64,000 nt of DNA. Origin: Elusimicrobiota bacterium (lineage in GTDB: Bacteria > Elusimicrobiota > Elusimicrobia > UBA1565). Of this stretch, positions 61,501 to 64,000 are shown in pieces. Position 1 is the first letter of the stretch. Every line of letters starts with the position of its first letter. The notes beneath the pieces are model-generated. The model did no database searches. It was not told the DNA's origin and worked only from the letters and a program-made list of their open reading frames with translations. A program made the translations under genes and the position numbers. Location of the stretch: assembly GCA_016218495.1 (NCBI GenBank), contig JACRDU010000162.1, positions 1 to 64,000 on the forward strand. Reading direction: 5' to 3'.

Positions 61501-62056
61501 GCGTATTGAATTCGTTTATGAGCTGCTGGCCGCCGACGATGCTGGCGGTGATTATGCTCGTGCCGGAGGAGATGACCGCATGGAAGGAGGCTCCCGACGC
61601 GTCCTGGTAGGACGCTTGGAAGGCCAAGGTAATCCTGTCGTAGACCCGCATGTGGCGTTGCCCGTTGGCCGAGCCGACGACGAAGACGCTGCCGAGGGCG
61701 GGGTCGACGAAGACATCCTCGGCGACGTCGACGGAACTGCCGCCGCTGTCGAAGGTGGCCGAGGATAGCACGTTGCCGGACGGGTCATACTTGACGATGA
61801 GCCAGTCGGTCCCGCCGGGACCGAGATTGACGATCTTGCCGACGACGAAGACATTGCCGTTGGCGAGGTCGACGGAAATCCCCTGAGCGCGGTCGTTGTT
61901 GCCGCCGGTATCGTACGTGGCGCTGGTGAACGAGGTCGAGTAGTTGCCGGCGAACCCTGCGGCGCCTGCGGTGACGGGTAGGAAGAGGACAGACGCGACG
62001 ACCGTCCGCAATAACGCGGCGGTCGACCCTCGGCGGAGTCTCGGCGTTTCTCTCAC
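37499..62056 (-). CDS. giant (8,185 aa, 24.6 kb) secreted cell-surface protein: multiple SBBP-type beta-propellers, NHL-like propeller, about 14+ Ca-binding-loop beta-sandwich repeats, 2 FN3, 2 PPC domains, many Ig/CarboxypepD_reg-like domains, T9SS-type CTD
   Basis: Single uninterrupted ORF, GTG start, signal peptide (TAALLRTVVASVLFLPVTAGAAG). SBBP motifs (GNVFVVG...DWLIVKYDPSGNVLSS) recur through aa 40-2900. The C-terminus NFPNPFD...GVYILEY...HKMAVIKGSGL is Por_Secre_tail-like. Confidence 0.85.
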   Translation of the reverse strand: MRETPRLRRGSTAALLRTVVASVLFLPVTAGAAGFAGNYSTSFTSATYDTGGNNDRAQGISVDLANGNVFVVGKIVNLGPGGTDWLIVKYDPSGNVLSSATFDSGGSSVDVAEDVFVDPALGSVFVVGSANGQRHMRVYDRITLAFQASYQDASGASFHAVISSGTSIITASIVGGQQLINEFNTPALNLISTRAMTGSYVSGKQDRVLGWFPGNGVLVVGVRSDGGTLRVELLTAPNLTPAGSFDITPPDTLEGGAAVALAGSGDAYAVAFASVAGQSINYIFRIQNGVAVATATFASSGNVSSSDERSVAVDPNNYDVYYMGSGAFPGLKAFTPDLASSLRKDADPSSSMVVRASTQIYMTSVNQTAGPQNFASKMVDYAALPDGGGGQGGQTSLVNDGTYLYMSVANGDGTVDIRKMTPLNTLVSSITISGAGVDDNLPLVYTGGSLYMVGMASGPTTLGNDAAVWKFNPGPMTFVSSRTLDAGFGLTDFVMAATSTANGELRLAGAVELSAGSFATAIWEYATVSDTLFAPTYANAPSSSFDFVSSIASTGTAPGAPQYFWMLGMSSQPVGGAPNYIDLALWKYAAGSLTLANTLPGFMPSSEGNPTLTANGTNLFAGAMFMNGSGNMDLAVLKFDMDGSTVAEKYWHSTSPATHEKVGDIILRGAANVAVIGGQEPSQNLGYSAYWDYDLSLNLTAGYPKNLLSESVLYSGTDMGGTFYAVNNGSPTVVQLDGTGSVVAGAEGIEGAPAGAPSFTFGGAYNSANGNAITATGHNIIGRQIFVDTVTVSGPFVYVAFISTTANLGGELYPEVDSIARLDASGNLLSSTTLPGNAAGADAFAVDSAFNVYASYKVKPTSSTTSDVGIVKFNKFLAQQGQVSYQSPAAGGPAYTNATRMTTDGTNIYVHNDGSSLIKFSPSLVALATASYTTLPGFTNGNGITIDPSGNTYMVVNNATSTLHLLKYGPTFDGASPLVDVDVSTNLLPIIGNGGSIELAYAGGFVFALVGSEDGSELYIRKFDSSLNYTGFSSTFAPTRLQIGPGQIQAGPEGDIYIVTSGSTPVGSQYSAARYDVGLNLLSTAAFNAAGAGGSGVALHVPASGDVWATGTSCTGGGGNNCVARTTRLALSGGGGPGGPAVLTYSGSLPAGAFVNSTANRNEALFGLAVDSTTGNVYTVARSTSAPQWYAASGDSFLLKISPSGVVLASAALQGDRSGDALAWENGFVFVSEKEEPTTRRIARYDANLVRLSSVSVDAAAVGNITRAVAKNGFLYTINDGGLSDKGAKVIKYDAVTLNEVARSTLAPFGSDHLNGDDIVANVPGDIYVAVTSMTVTPPIQGALYRFDSSLVQLSSVSLTTTLGSQPRLAYGGGSVFVASGDSAAPAHAILHRYDSSTLASLGVSTNIYVPGASPETSITADATSLVVGLTSSTADGGSFLAFRFDHSFNQLSSGVFDAGFGGADSLTGVALYSGDGVALGGTGRNSTHDDGVVMLRTLASGGGAPAPMSFSGTFPVPGGALASGADEDRAYDIVKDTNTGDVFVVGHTSSPAGSYDALILHYDVGGNLVSSATYGLSPYNDSFRAVAQHANGDLFVGGSVDINSSGNSDFLLMRVSSITLAMISSTTMDSGTLDYFEAVTSHPNGYLYFAGHHFAASFFEIDLFRISTGLANVGFTGWASSLDYFANGVAADPVTGNIYTTGRINDTPARVLVAQVDENLNSAITEDTLPAGQQDGGIALAPSGTELYVTGSTVANGGDIILARYSVPTPTLVSTAALGGAGFEIASDLAFDATGDLLLAGSAGSPADYLAMRINPATLAMISSATADGAGNVDTAFAFVVGQTGALFLTGQSSNGANNDIRTTRLLLPLGAGGPAAPPAPVFTYSGALPSGKFVNTTDNRNEAVVALTADPVSGDLYAIAYSTTGAVWPPAGEAVILKMNSAGVVLSSATMYPLGTTSHTIAFDGGSLYVGANRGEPTIDTGIHRYDANLVFQSSATLGVGAGGTMAVARGGNVYALVDGGPLFLGGEYPTIIVKYSPSLAEISRTTYTVAGSWQTHAKWAAVDAVGNLFVAVSSMHMSPSGLVKFDTGLQVVGTLDISSLVGDPDSARIAYGSGKLFLFARSEGAGEAYVRRFSNTLAYDGVSSTFPVVGGQGMGAISADSANIVTVGLTSATADGGNFLLKRFDSNLVPFDTVLADAGFSGADAFMALLTSGPTGVYAAGAGYNTGHFDGVVKLQSLSAAPPAVVSTVSVSFAGTFSPGSRINNDVNGADIGHSLVIDSTGGFVYATIHSTSNASAGASPDQVTVVKYDLTGAFVASTTLLGSLSGDALAFENGSVFVAEKDEAGLRRMVKLGASLERLQTVTFNQNNIGNITRAASRAGFVYTVNDGGSISQGAKVVKLDTNLNEVARATFPISTQHVNGNNIVITPFGGEVFVSVSDGSNTVKLVKYDQNLNALAQADVSALFPAVVGQMDLAFSNGVLLAGSYDATGYNYRLRKFDPNLNYSGASSTLSVQSAPGAGLKSGPDGLFYLAITSYSADGGDYALKVFDPDLIEKASTSFDAGFAGFDQAIGLAVLDSSNVFVTGTGFNGANGYDAVTFVKNLSDAGSGTGGAPQGDGYWGVADMAGRLWTSYAAEDSLKRFDSPAPPVSRTAPAQQVLGFPQGVRNPRALSVDTGGNLWVAVSTAFGGPVNQLVRYAGEAGPGTVSTTTSSSLSTMLSDVWATAFRSDTGDLWVANRTGGGASVVNYLRDGASSLGAPTYSAGGASQFTSFAQLPGAAGLGFDSGNNLWVSVPALGEIRRYPEVAGSISGTPDVTITAVPAPFAFAFDFDGNMFVSEVTTDAAPGSGSVWRFENLGTLPSPFIDTTPQWVDGGKMLSGLAFVGGQLWGADFRNNQLVTVQTVPPTPPASYGSVEGTLGYDYGLTGAPDYKIVFSTSAFDIDNSAPATLMVSTGALGAFSASGLIAPNTYYVQALWDRNSSGEPDNFDPFARHSASFYGPLTPVVVLPDQTVTGLDLHLFDMVQVSGTVTNNSVQTGTLRVQHWYGDPASAGTRIEYPRSADNSLSTYTVFVATISNLYLQAFVDSNWNAAKDSGEDFATVGPIDLSGVSPNTTFVQNITIAAGTPGQVHLAAVSVAPQNISSNGEAAFLKLGLWSEGGNAQLSALRVSLLGDAPAQAVVARVWRDSNSDGNLTVGLDEFIGDEFFSAGVPPTANVVFWSTQTVTASTASYFVGLGIFGVPAGKSAGVGVESASAFTFPNGSMAAGQPLPAASDLAVSQFSLAARPFDMGYPVPQAGASPSGGFDTGLFINVGQTVEINASGFWNTGASGVSGPEGLGSTGGLGGALPIGALVGRIGGSNWFLVGSSKTFVSTQSGPLALAMNDTDYQDNSNGLAVDFHIVPSSVTQTWVGGSAFGAGADIPNNWASGQPPQPGESIVFNGANDCDWNLFQLNVGAWTMTPGYTGTVRLRGSNGPDDFNAIQVSSHAVIAGGTLDMGRNKEFRVQGGLFVTNGATFDLGRDNGRLFVGQAGAVVSGGGRFVYAPDQSAFSQVMPAGFNTVPFTVVEGTVNVTGNGFLRMERSNVTITSAANLLAFHNVGFDEWEQNATAAFTLARSSSQAMTFRGLQFYGQYTTNVNAAGVPVGSNVTMLDSMGPNRGTPKENDPNNVLFWNPDGGGAGNIAGSIINEAVSGPGAGFTRVRASTQPFFDTFAPQGGLQFTASVSGLSGTYNLNNLDAPATYYLFAWHDANNDFYPNGVETRGAFGPANKGFLRSDPVFVAPSDNLSGKDITVRDWGEVNVDFQNGSQQFGPMLVGAVSLLADGVSTNAVEALSYSQGPGFFNLSVPATSLVLIGWVDVNNNRELDSFEASGSSAVITLPQSGTYPGTVSISAGGGTAPPGGTVGASVVIPHGGLIGDNGPQTMAKLTLTGASSQASMNGLQVDIEGGPMQSYQLAFWIDNDGNGQLDQYCGGTGPCDNPVGFAYVTPPVSSAVVNFYQTLFLDPGQPRTAFLVFQPQGLQSGHQGLAPLSLTVAASNYFLMGAGSMDADPIYPIVSSATIGWAVFAGTEGDPFGGGGYYTCLSVAPGQQVVVQAAGSWNFKGQNTGPEGLSNTESAPNLLRGARTGALLVSANGGWVAVGTGTTITAGQNGGLGIHLSANDVPGDYFNNYGEMRVGLTVTGSTTSAVAGSINYLGALSGSNLIVNLKQDCQYAPFGCNPTVSTAVVSLAGAGSYPYVLHVPFGGFFTVEAYAQADPNQQSGKLPMFQAPIGSTAAVSFTVYSGLGQISGSLAYSGLMDFGQFNIGVTTSPDFEHEVNFVGGLKTPTAGPFTVTGLPIPANYYLVAFRDGNYNDQPDGPEPLGGYNLAPSQIVMSQLSSLLSPIAVSSAAGANIGTVTLGDMGGIQGRVFFDQAVNNKRFIIVAGHGVPGTASFAPEARDFRFVPSLPAGGSFDFFMGLLKPATDYRLVGFADLNFNGQFEANEPFTVNDAFLSVPSGGFANAEMRVGTPQPPAAVGSFGLGAFSDTQLTFQWSQVQGATGYLLLDASSAVVVALPGSASTYIEAASAASTSAIRGIQAVNNQGAGGIRAVFGIPAAAAVTPGAPTFSNVGVSSFTVDWTANGNGSLAYYQLESATVAAGPFQAVQYSPALTRAAIGLAPATTYYFQVKAQSPNGGFSAPSSVQSVVTLPSVDPSIAGLVSYTGTQTGDVYIQAFTSSAPFAGQAASVRMPKSSQQPYYLALGAGSYFVRAFVDVNANGTREAGEDQGTLGGAVAVVASPVIGQNFSVVADTVTPAAPAGLLATLSLGRVALTWNAPTLNQNGTPLADLAGYRVQRTTAGTANFATLSNQTVFGVSGIVAAPAFTDLSPIGGVDNIYRVLAIDWGGNVGGASGALAVRPAVGGTVSGSISTFTATSQGAYRVRLSTSPRREDPFLAESTLSDFSFTGLNDGVYYLRGFRDVNADNSQDAATEPSGTHGGIVGPFPLNIINGNTVANRPVTICDRAALRLGLDATGQFQAGDCPALDKGPGFYTDLYTFRAGGGAAGSIGTGSSVDISLVTPGFDSELIVLGPSGQVVARDNTPGNPHVTFLANEPGIYVVEPTSFFSGQTGFYDLLMNVYGGFTGQIAGVTSYSGSKTGPIRLQLFDRPDADAFPFHVQDQFGTGSFTIGNLKDGAFYLRAFRDENFNFAKDPGEPSGAYGFSESSPTAITVTGGVASVGSADIALADPSVGRIEGSILRQGSLAGTIRIEVGRRACSDCSDLNVVAFTTIPFAGSYALDFIAPATNYIVQAFVDQNANNRGDALEAKGSSTPVTVQANSTSTVNLLVRDPGTGTSGTSVIFGTVTYNGASTGTLFVAFATDQNFNYIPYYLTQSATGYFSRSGIQGGTTYYVGAFIDKNANGQIDEGGSLVEPSGDTGSQTFVPLSSSVGVAFTVVDPATGAVSGTVQYSGTVEGPLVVQAQRETMGGSHEGGFRSVSIPRTAGVSTYAYSAAFLSTGPFRMYAFVDSNGNQRSDFGEPFFRRDSLVNLGHLGQQVAGIDLVVFDAGAGGSGGAVGRIEGVLTYSGGQPGPIVVQAFTTNTFVGAPFRTATPGAQFGAISFAADNLPNGTYYLRAFKDPNGNQAYEPQFEAFGLVAGGSGLTVTADAPFSGGHVGTLSDAGQGGPVGSSSLSGTLEYRGSFSTGTFYLALFKDTDNDGSTDDLIRLSTLPFSAAPQSFTFSGLPDGQAWLRGFLDRNGNQQPDISEPFGLTDAQGISVFGPVTGLLMPVCDRVSLDLSPGAQNAGTINGGSCYSRESETLGSSQQLLTFHGTRGQILDATMEATEDNYLYLYDEHGQLVAQADEGGANQGDARLQVTLPGTGDYTLAATFYAPGIVGAYKIALQNSGGTPGSIAGEVIYSGSQGGKIVMALFNQENFDSEGAFVDGRDLPGPGAFSFQNLASETSYYMGAFVDVNFNNSPDQGEDFAVFSTAPPTATPIFLRAGQEVAGLSLVINPSTAAYGGLEGRVTGVISYTGSRQGVLRIEFWPDSSFQGRPLAVRSIPTGVGPYDLSVPGGQPYAVRAFLDVNNDFIPNPDEPMGVYSPNGQGAEPIYVPDNAARDGVDFEIRDPGFKLGQDGVSGEGFVNINSSQAAAGSAQVFISSFVVGPSGIGAGGAVAFGLPFGWTPPQSDSSMSPGFTTVTLSPAGPAVSTQPAPGGAPGIIVRVGGTPLAAGSTVQFLYNAAVPCFTGPSQFFFGSASTQTAPPAPLFSGNPIVDVTLGAAAAVHSAEPFIGLIQGATSQRLLLEAVDLCGNRTPVASVANVVLRAKRFSYQTAAFVDEPGLRISSSIAGVFDSTAVVTFAAGTSSATYRLRAATAGDLAVEIASNLLAPGTTGYAGVFALAVDPLTGVRVSTQPNPSVAQTTVTIRPDGNPLSPNLAFINFNIADQSLFWTVSIASTPYKADAAPNPVAFFSGSGQPARGQIAWDGRDYAGLRVGQGVYYVRIEAGGISNDSLRITVQSAALSLKVFDSGVTPNLPLSGVNIEYFGQFGGGTLLTDAQGAASLNGLSAGGYRLNITKDGYLVGRASVTVNADSTVRSTAPFNSQVELSTASFQSSTAPVRVLMSRAPSLIVVPNIPVTSTQAFTLWGELQISNASGTFSRNGPMRLEAGTTTFDDGGQYDNSVNAFVTKTVLRFQVGSDTYTVRARLEGFEDVSQSVFVAGSGETRLTLPVFSRRGAFTGTVALPNGSNTTGAFVSVSAVPISTETRIEGGFGGVELPVGVASDTYRVDGLKPGSYRLTANTQGYKAVFIDSATILSGVDTVVNFSSFPASNTSVLTATLSVTGDTSLFPALEPGGPSVRIHLNAWAPNTPNQAYRSVDIPVSATLSSVAVQLTGLEPGIKYQVFAGIESRGNTEFEVPGGFSREVTLSTTTGQGDVAFSFEAASGVVSGTILIPNGNTDFGNVTLFGETIAAVRPERVGKRFEEVATALDGWSTTASTGTFLLTGNNTETVDVTFVYKTTGRSVRKRVSIVNGSTTTVFVDLTDQTFAISGAVLNQISNTNFNTNPKLVANAGHLPVKGRTGADVPVDPATVDLGDVLTSTNSLARVVAIRQEFGVGTSTSFNPATDRVGYLTSAGTYTIRNVPPGVYLVRTADIRSRMDAAGTACTTCAVVVPRLAQIVAVGTASVQASTFTLTDGYSVTGVLTLAAGVQDFRTLRLTLRNRRLEVVRSTTVALGNSAAGVTAASTSYRLEGLPAGEFYTLSVEDAASEPKYLGRPIRFPDSAQSPGGLAANLVSQDVLMRRAGYLTGKLQDAASGELFTERNAKVLPPNLRITATANPWVEGGFAQAASSVSARPIRADGTFLVGPLFPDTPYDLKVFQDKWDLAFLAQGSQNYSPVELGGLSLQPFERKDVGTLSMNQGTSIKGTLVDAASTTTALGNIKLVAKPSHGDVSLVVETFSNANGEFTLWVSTFVSPQYDVTVAPRDGNQAASGVRYAQVDLIRLAVSTTPLNIQLNALLGSVTGQVLTDDGSPLAYPFGENQGYPAAAVFLQPLGVVSLDNPLGDTEVDTLSDGSFSFPGVAVGSYTIRAVSLGFGVATATVTVNAGSFCISTTTVVGLCAPGLTLARGGLLQGRILLPNGTSPSTEEVGGVAAANSDFSKFIIGSVSIDQTARTVNSYSISGFEPGVSYNVVILPPHRDDLDVVYPAEGQGISFSAAESTTTKTVNLTYSRTAPDCYADSREKALGNGQFQVKIACSQPLRKLLASDDDVDTIVSVSSFASNGTNYTAPNGQGALLGGSDKKIESNRKEITVVYRAGSASEKNFSIKLNAVMATVDPTTGENFTLLKVFDFAAAVSQNGSNRVITSQANKPVNNSQGGQVNLQTSERVEGQGDSEKFGLNFAPGSFEGCSAGDTNYNCQGKLGDKNKVQVGVQGSLDANQAAQLSMAQLGYVPARIQALQASAYGPLAASTATNNAFKANPFSSFYEVFLPLGIRAQLTKPVDLTLPYDTSLATTTSVSALKIWSISNGQAPVEETNNKRIDTINKTITVSVDHFSTFVVLNGAPGLVGAATFRDEKPIAFNFPNPFDCRSRTINCNVAEGSCAAGALTGVGTVIHYAAPGAVTPLDHRFRIYNVAGELVDEFHKTANGGTHNYDFWDCTNAAGRPVASGVYILEYTVNGQSVYHKMAVIKGSGL

Positions 62057-62116
62057 AGCGGTGCTACAAAACCTTTACAGCGACAACATGTAAGCACAAC
62101 TTCCCGATTTGCGCAA

Positions 62117-62134
62117 GGGTGACTTCGGTCACCC
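62117..62134 (-). other. stem-loop GGGTGAC-CGAA-GTCACCC (7-bp stem, tetraloop) in the 86-nt spacer between the OMP gene and the giant gene
   Basis: Read directly. On the minus-strand transcript it lies just after the OMP stop and about 60 nt before the giant-gene GTG. Confidence 0.5.
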
Positions 62135-62141
62135 CTCCTAA

Positions 62142-63383
62142 CTAATAGTCGTAACTGAAGCCGAACAGGTAATTCGCCGTCGAGTACGTGTACCGATAAG
62201 TCTTCTCGTAAGTCATGTTCGAGTCGGTCCACAGGAAGTTCGCCTGCGCGAGCATCCGGAAATTCTTCGCGATGGGCACGCCGTAGCCGAGTTGGACGAG
62301 GTAGCGGTCCTGGGTCTGCGTGTCCGTCTGATAGCGCCCGTTGGGGTCCTGCACCAGGCGCCCGAGGTAGTTCTGGCGCGACCAGGAGAAGCCCAGCGTC
62401 GCCGTCGTCGGAGCTTCCTTGTCCCCCCACGACATCCCCGCGCTAGGGCCCGCCGACACCGACCAGGAGCTGTAGGCGTCCGGGATGAAGCGGGTCTGCC
62501 CGGCGTCGTAGGTGTTCTGGTTCGAGCCCGTGTAGTTGAAGCCGGTGTTGAAGCCCACCGAGAGCTTGGCCTTGCCCTTCAGCACGTCGCGCGGGTGGAC
62601 GATGGAAGCGGTCAGGGCGTTGGTGAAGTCCTGGCGGTTCTCGTTGACGAACTGCCCGGCCAGGTTCACCAGCGGCTGGTCGTGGAACTTCTGCCAGAGC
62701 AGGCGGTAGCCCAGGGTCACGGCCGCCACCGGCTTGTCGTAGGGCACGGGACGCGAAAGCGTAAAGGAGAGCTGCTGGTTCAAGGTGTCGAGGGTGCGCA
62801 CGCCGGCCGTCTCGCGGCCGAGGGCGTTGCCGGCCGGGTCCACCCCGGACTTGGATTCCAGGGACTTGAAGTTCGGGAAGCGCGTGTAGAAGAAATCGTA
62901 GCCCCAGCGGTAGGAGAAGGGTTCCTTGTAGACGTTCTCCGCCTCGAAGCCCAGGCCCACCGTCTGCGTGTCGAAGAGGCCCTTGCCCCAGGTCTCGTCC
63001 CGGGTCTCTTTGAGGAAGTCGAACTTGTAGGAGAGCGAAGGCTTGAGCTTCCAGTTGCTGCCCGCGATGCTGCGCAGGTAGCCGACCGAGAGCCGGTGCG
63101 ACATGCCCTGCGCGAACAGGGTCCCGGACCCGATGGGGTCGGAGACGCCCTTCGTGCCGCGGTAGGAGGCGCTATATAAGGGAAGGAGCAGGCGCCCCTC
63201 CCCCAGCTTCACCACCGGCGCGGCGCTCGCGGTCAGGTTGCCGTTCAACTTGGACTTGTCCCCCGAGAAGAAGTACTGCCCGCCCAAGGCCGTGACTCCG
63301 TAGACCGGAATGACCTCGACCGCCCTCAAAGGGGAGGTCATGAGAGCCGCGAAGGCCAGGGGAAGGAGGGGGCTGGTCTTCAC
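62142..63383 (-). CDS. outer-membrane beta-barrel protein, unknown family (paralog of 33675..34892)
   Basis: GTG start. Signal MKTSPLLPLAFAALMTSPLRA. C-terminal aromatic beta-barrel signature ...NYLFGFSYDY. Alternating hydrophobic patterns throughout. Confidence 0.65.
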   Translation of the reverse strand: MKTSPLLPLAFAALMTSPLRAVEVIPVYGVTALGGQYFFSGDKSKLNGNLTASAAPVVKLGEGRLLLPLYSASYRGTKGVSDPIGSGTLFAQGMSHRLSVGYLRSIAGSNWKLKPSLSYKFDFLKETRDETWGKGLFDTQTVGLGFEAENVYKEPFSYRWGYDFFYTRFPNFKSLESKSGVDPAGNALGRETAGVRTLDTLNQQLSFTLSRPVPYDKPVAAVTLGYRLLWQKFHDQPLVNLAGQFVNENRQDFTNALTASIVHPRDVLKGKAKLSVGFNTGFNYTGSNQNTYDAGQTRFIPDAYSSWSVSAGPSAGMSWGDKEAPTTATLGFSWSRQNYLGRLVQDPNGRYQTDTQTQDRYLVQLGYGVPIAKNFRMLAQANFLWTDSNMTYEKTYRYTYSTANYLFGFSYDY

Positions 63384-63390
63384 TGCGCTG

Positions 63391-64000
63391 CTAAGGTATC
63401 AATCCCGACTGCATCAAAATCTTCGGCTCGTACACCAGGTCGATCCGACGGCCCCCGAACTCCGAGGCGGTGATGATCTGCTGGTAGTTGAAGTCGAGCA
63501 GGCGCTTCTTGTATTCGGCCCCGTTCGTCAGGCCGGCGAAATCGGAGTGCTTGGCCACGGTCCCTTTGTCGTCGATGATATAGTTGTCGAACTTGTCCCA
63601 GATGGTGCCGCCCACGTTCTGCCGGTAGACGATGTCGTGGAAGGAGCCGGGCTCGCGGTTGCCGGTGCAGAAATCGAGGTTGGTGCAGTTGGGCGAGGAG
63701 AGCAGGGCGAGGTTCGTCCCCGTGAAGGTCCGGTCGGCCATGCTGGTGATGTCGGCCCCGTTCGTCCAGCCGGTATGCTGGACCCCGTTGAACTTCAGGG
63801 TGTAGACATTGAAAAGGGTGGAGAAGAAGGCCGTGCCGGCCGGCAGCGCCACGAAGTCGTTGACCGCCGGGTCGAAGGCCTTGGTCACGTTGTCGGTGGC
63901 GTCGGCGTTCGCGTTGAGGTTGACCTGATGCCCTCCGGTCGCCGTCTCCAGGACGGTGTCCGAGGTGTTCGACCAGGCCGTCTGGTAGCCGGTCAGGAAA
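63391..64000 (-). CDS. secreted FecR-domain-family protein, 3' part only (gene continues beyond the window). Paralog of 34889..36385.
   Basis: The frame is open to the window edge (the listed ORF begins at an internal GTG). TATGGHQVNLNANADATDNVTKAFDPAVNDF aligns to TADGGHLVDLNANADGADDVSSVFDPVTGDF of the module-1 gene. Confidence 0.5.
   Translation of the reverse strand, partial: FLTGYQTAWSNTSDTVLETATGGHQVNLNANADATDNVTKAFDPAVNDFVALPAGTAFFSTLFNVYTLKFNGVQHTGWTNGADITSMADRTFTGTNLALLSSPNCTNLDFCTGNREPGSFHDIVYRQNVGGTIWDKFDNYIIDDKGTVAKHSDFAGLTNGAEYKKRLLDFNYQQIITASEFGGRRIDLVYEPKILMQSGLIP

Noticed and set aside
62053-62430. 125-aa minus-strand ORF overlapping the 3' end of the 62142 barrel gene and the leader
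   Set aside because: Off-frame relative to the barrel gene with its aromatic C-terminus. No features. Overlaps the structured leader.
1-64000. Search for tRNA, rRNA, CRISPR arrays, IS elements, integrases and phage genes
   Set aside because: No cloverleaf-compatible 70-90-nt segments in the intergenic regions. No direct-repeat/spacer arrays. No transposase or integrase motifs in any frame. The duplicated modules are paralogous gene sets with <50% identity, not mobile-element copies.

Overview
High-GC (about 70% by eye) bacterial chromosomal window with tightly packed, often 1-4 nt overlapping genes. No rRNA, tRNA, CRISPR, integrase or transposase was recognised by reading the sequence. I see 32 likely CDS.

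The left 22 kb carries housekeeping and signalling genes. These are an SPFH/band-7 protein, a nucleotidyl-cyclase::HD-GYP fusion, and a minus-strand run ProDH-tdh-kbl-cheY-cheX that is translationally coupled from tdh onward. There is also a tandem-SLT lytic transglycosylase fused to a MepA-like LAS endopeptidase, the minus-strand operon pgm-eno-ftsB-lgt-rluD, three small secreted proteins or lipoproteins, and a plus-strand operon of four overlapping genes (coiled-coil, TPR, PDZ::beta-helix lipoprotein, FecR-domain).

The right 42 kb (21.6-64 kb, all minus strand) is the notable part. Two tandem paralogous modules each encode a secreted FecR-domain protein, a roughly 410-aa outer-membrane beta-barrel, a giant uninterrupted adhesin-like ORF (3,539 aa and 8,185 aa) ending in a T9SS-type C-terminal sorting domain (Por_Secre_tail / FlgD-Ig-like), and a FadL/PorV-like 14-strand-type barrel whose ATG overlaps the stop of the giant gene (ATGA). 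Module 1 additionally carries a stand-alone cNMP-binding protein 3 nt upstream of its giant gene. The modules are separated by an AT-rich, roughly 74-bp nested palindrome.

I propose this as a candidate dedicated cargo/shuttle system for giant cell-surface proteins, probably in a T9SS-bearing or T9SS-like lineage (possibly FCB superphylum; weak inference). Start codons in this window include GTG, and two genes appear to require CTG initiation at CTGA stop/start junctions.

All domain and family calls come from reading the translated ORFs against remembered family motifs. No database search was run.
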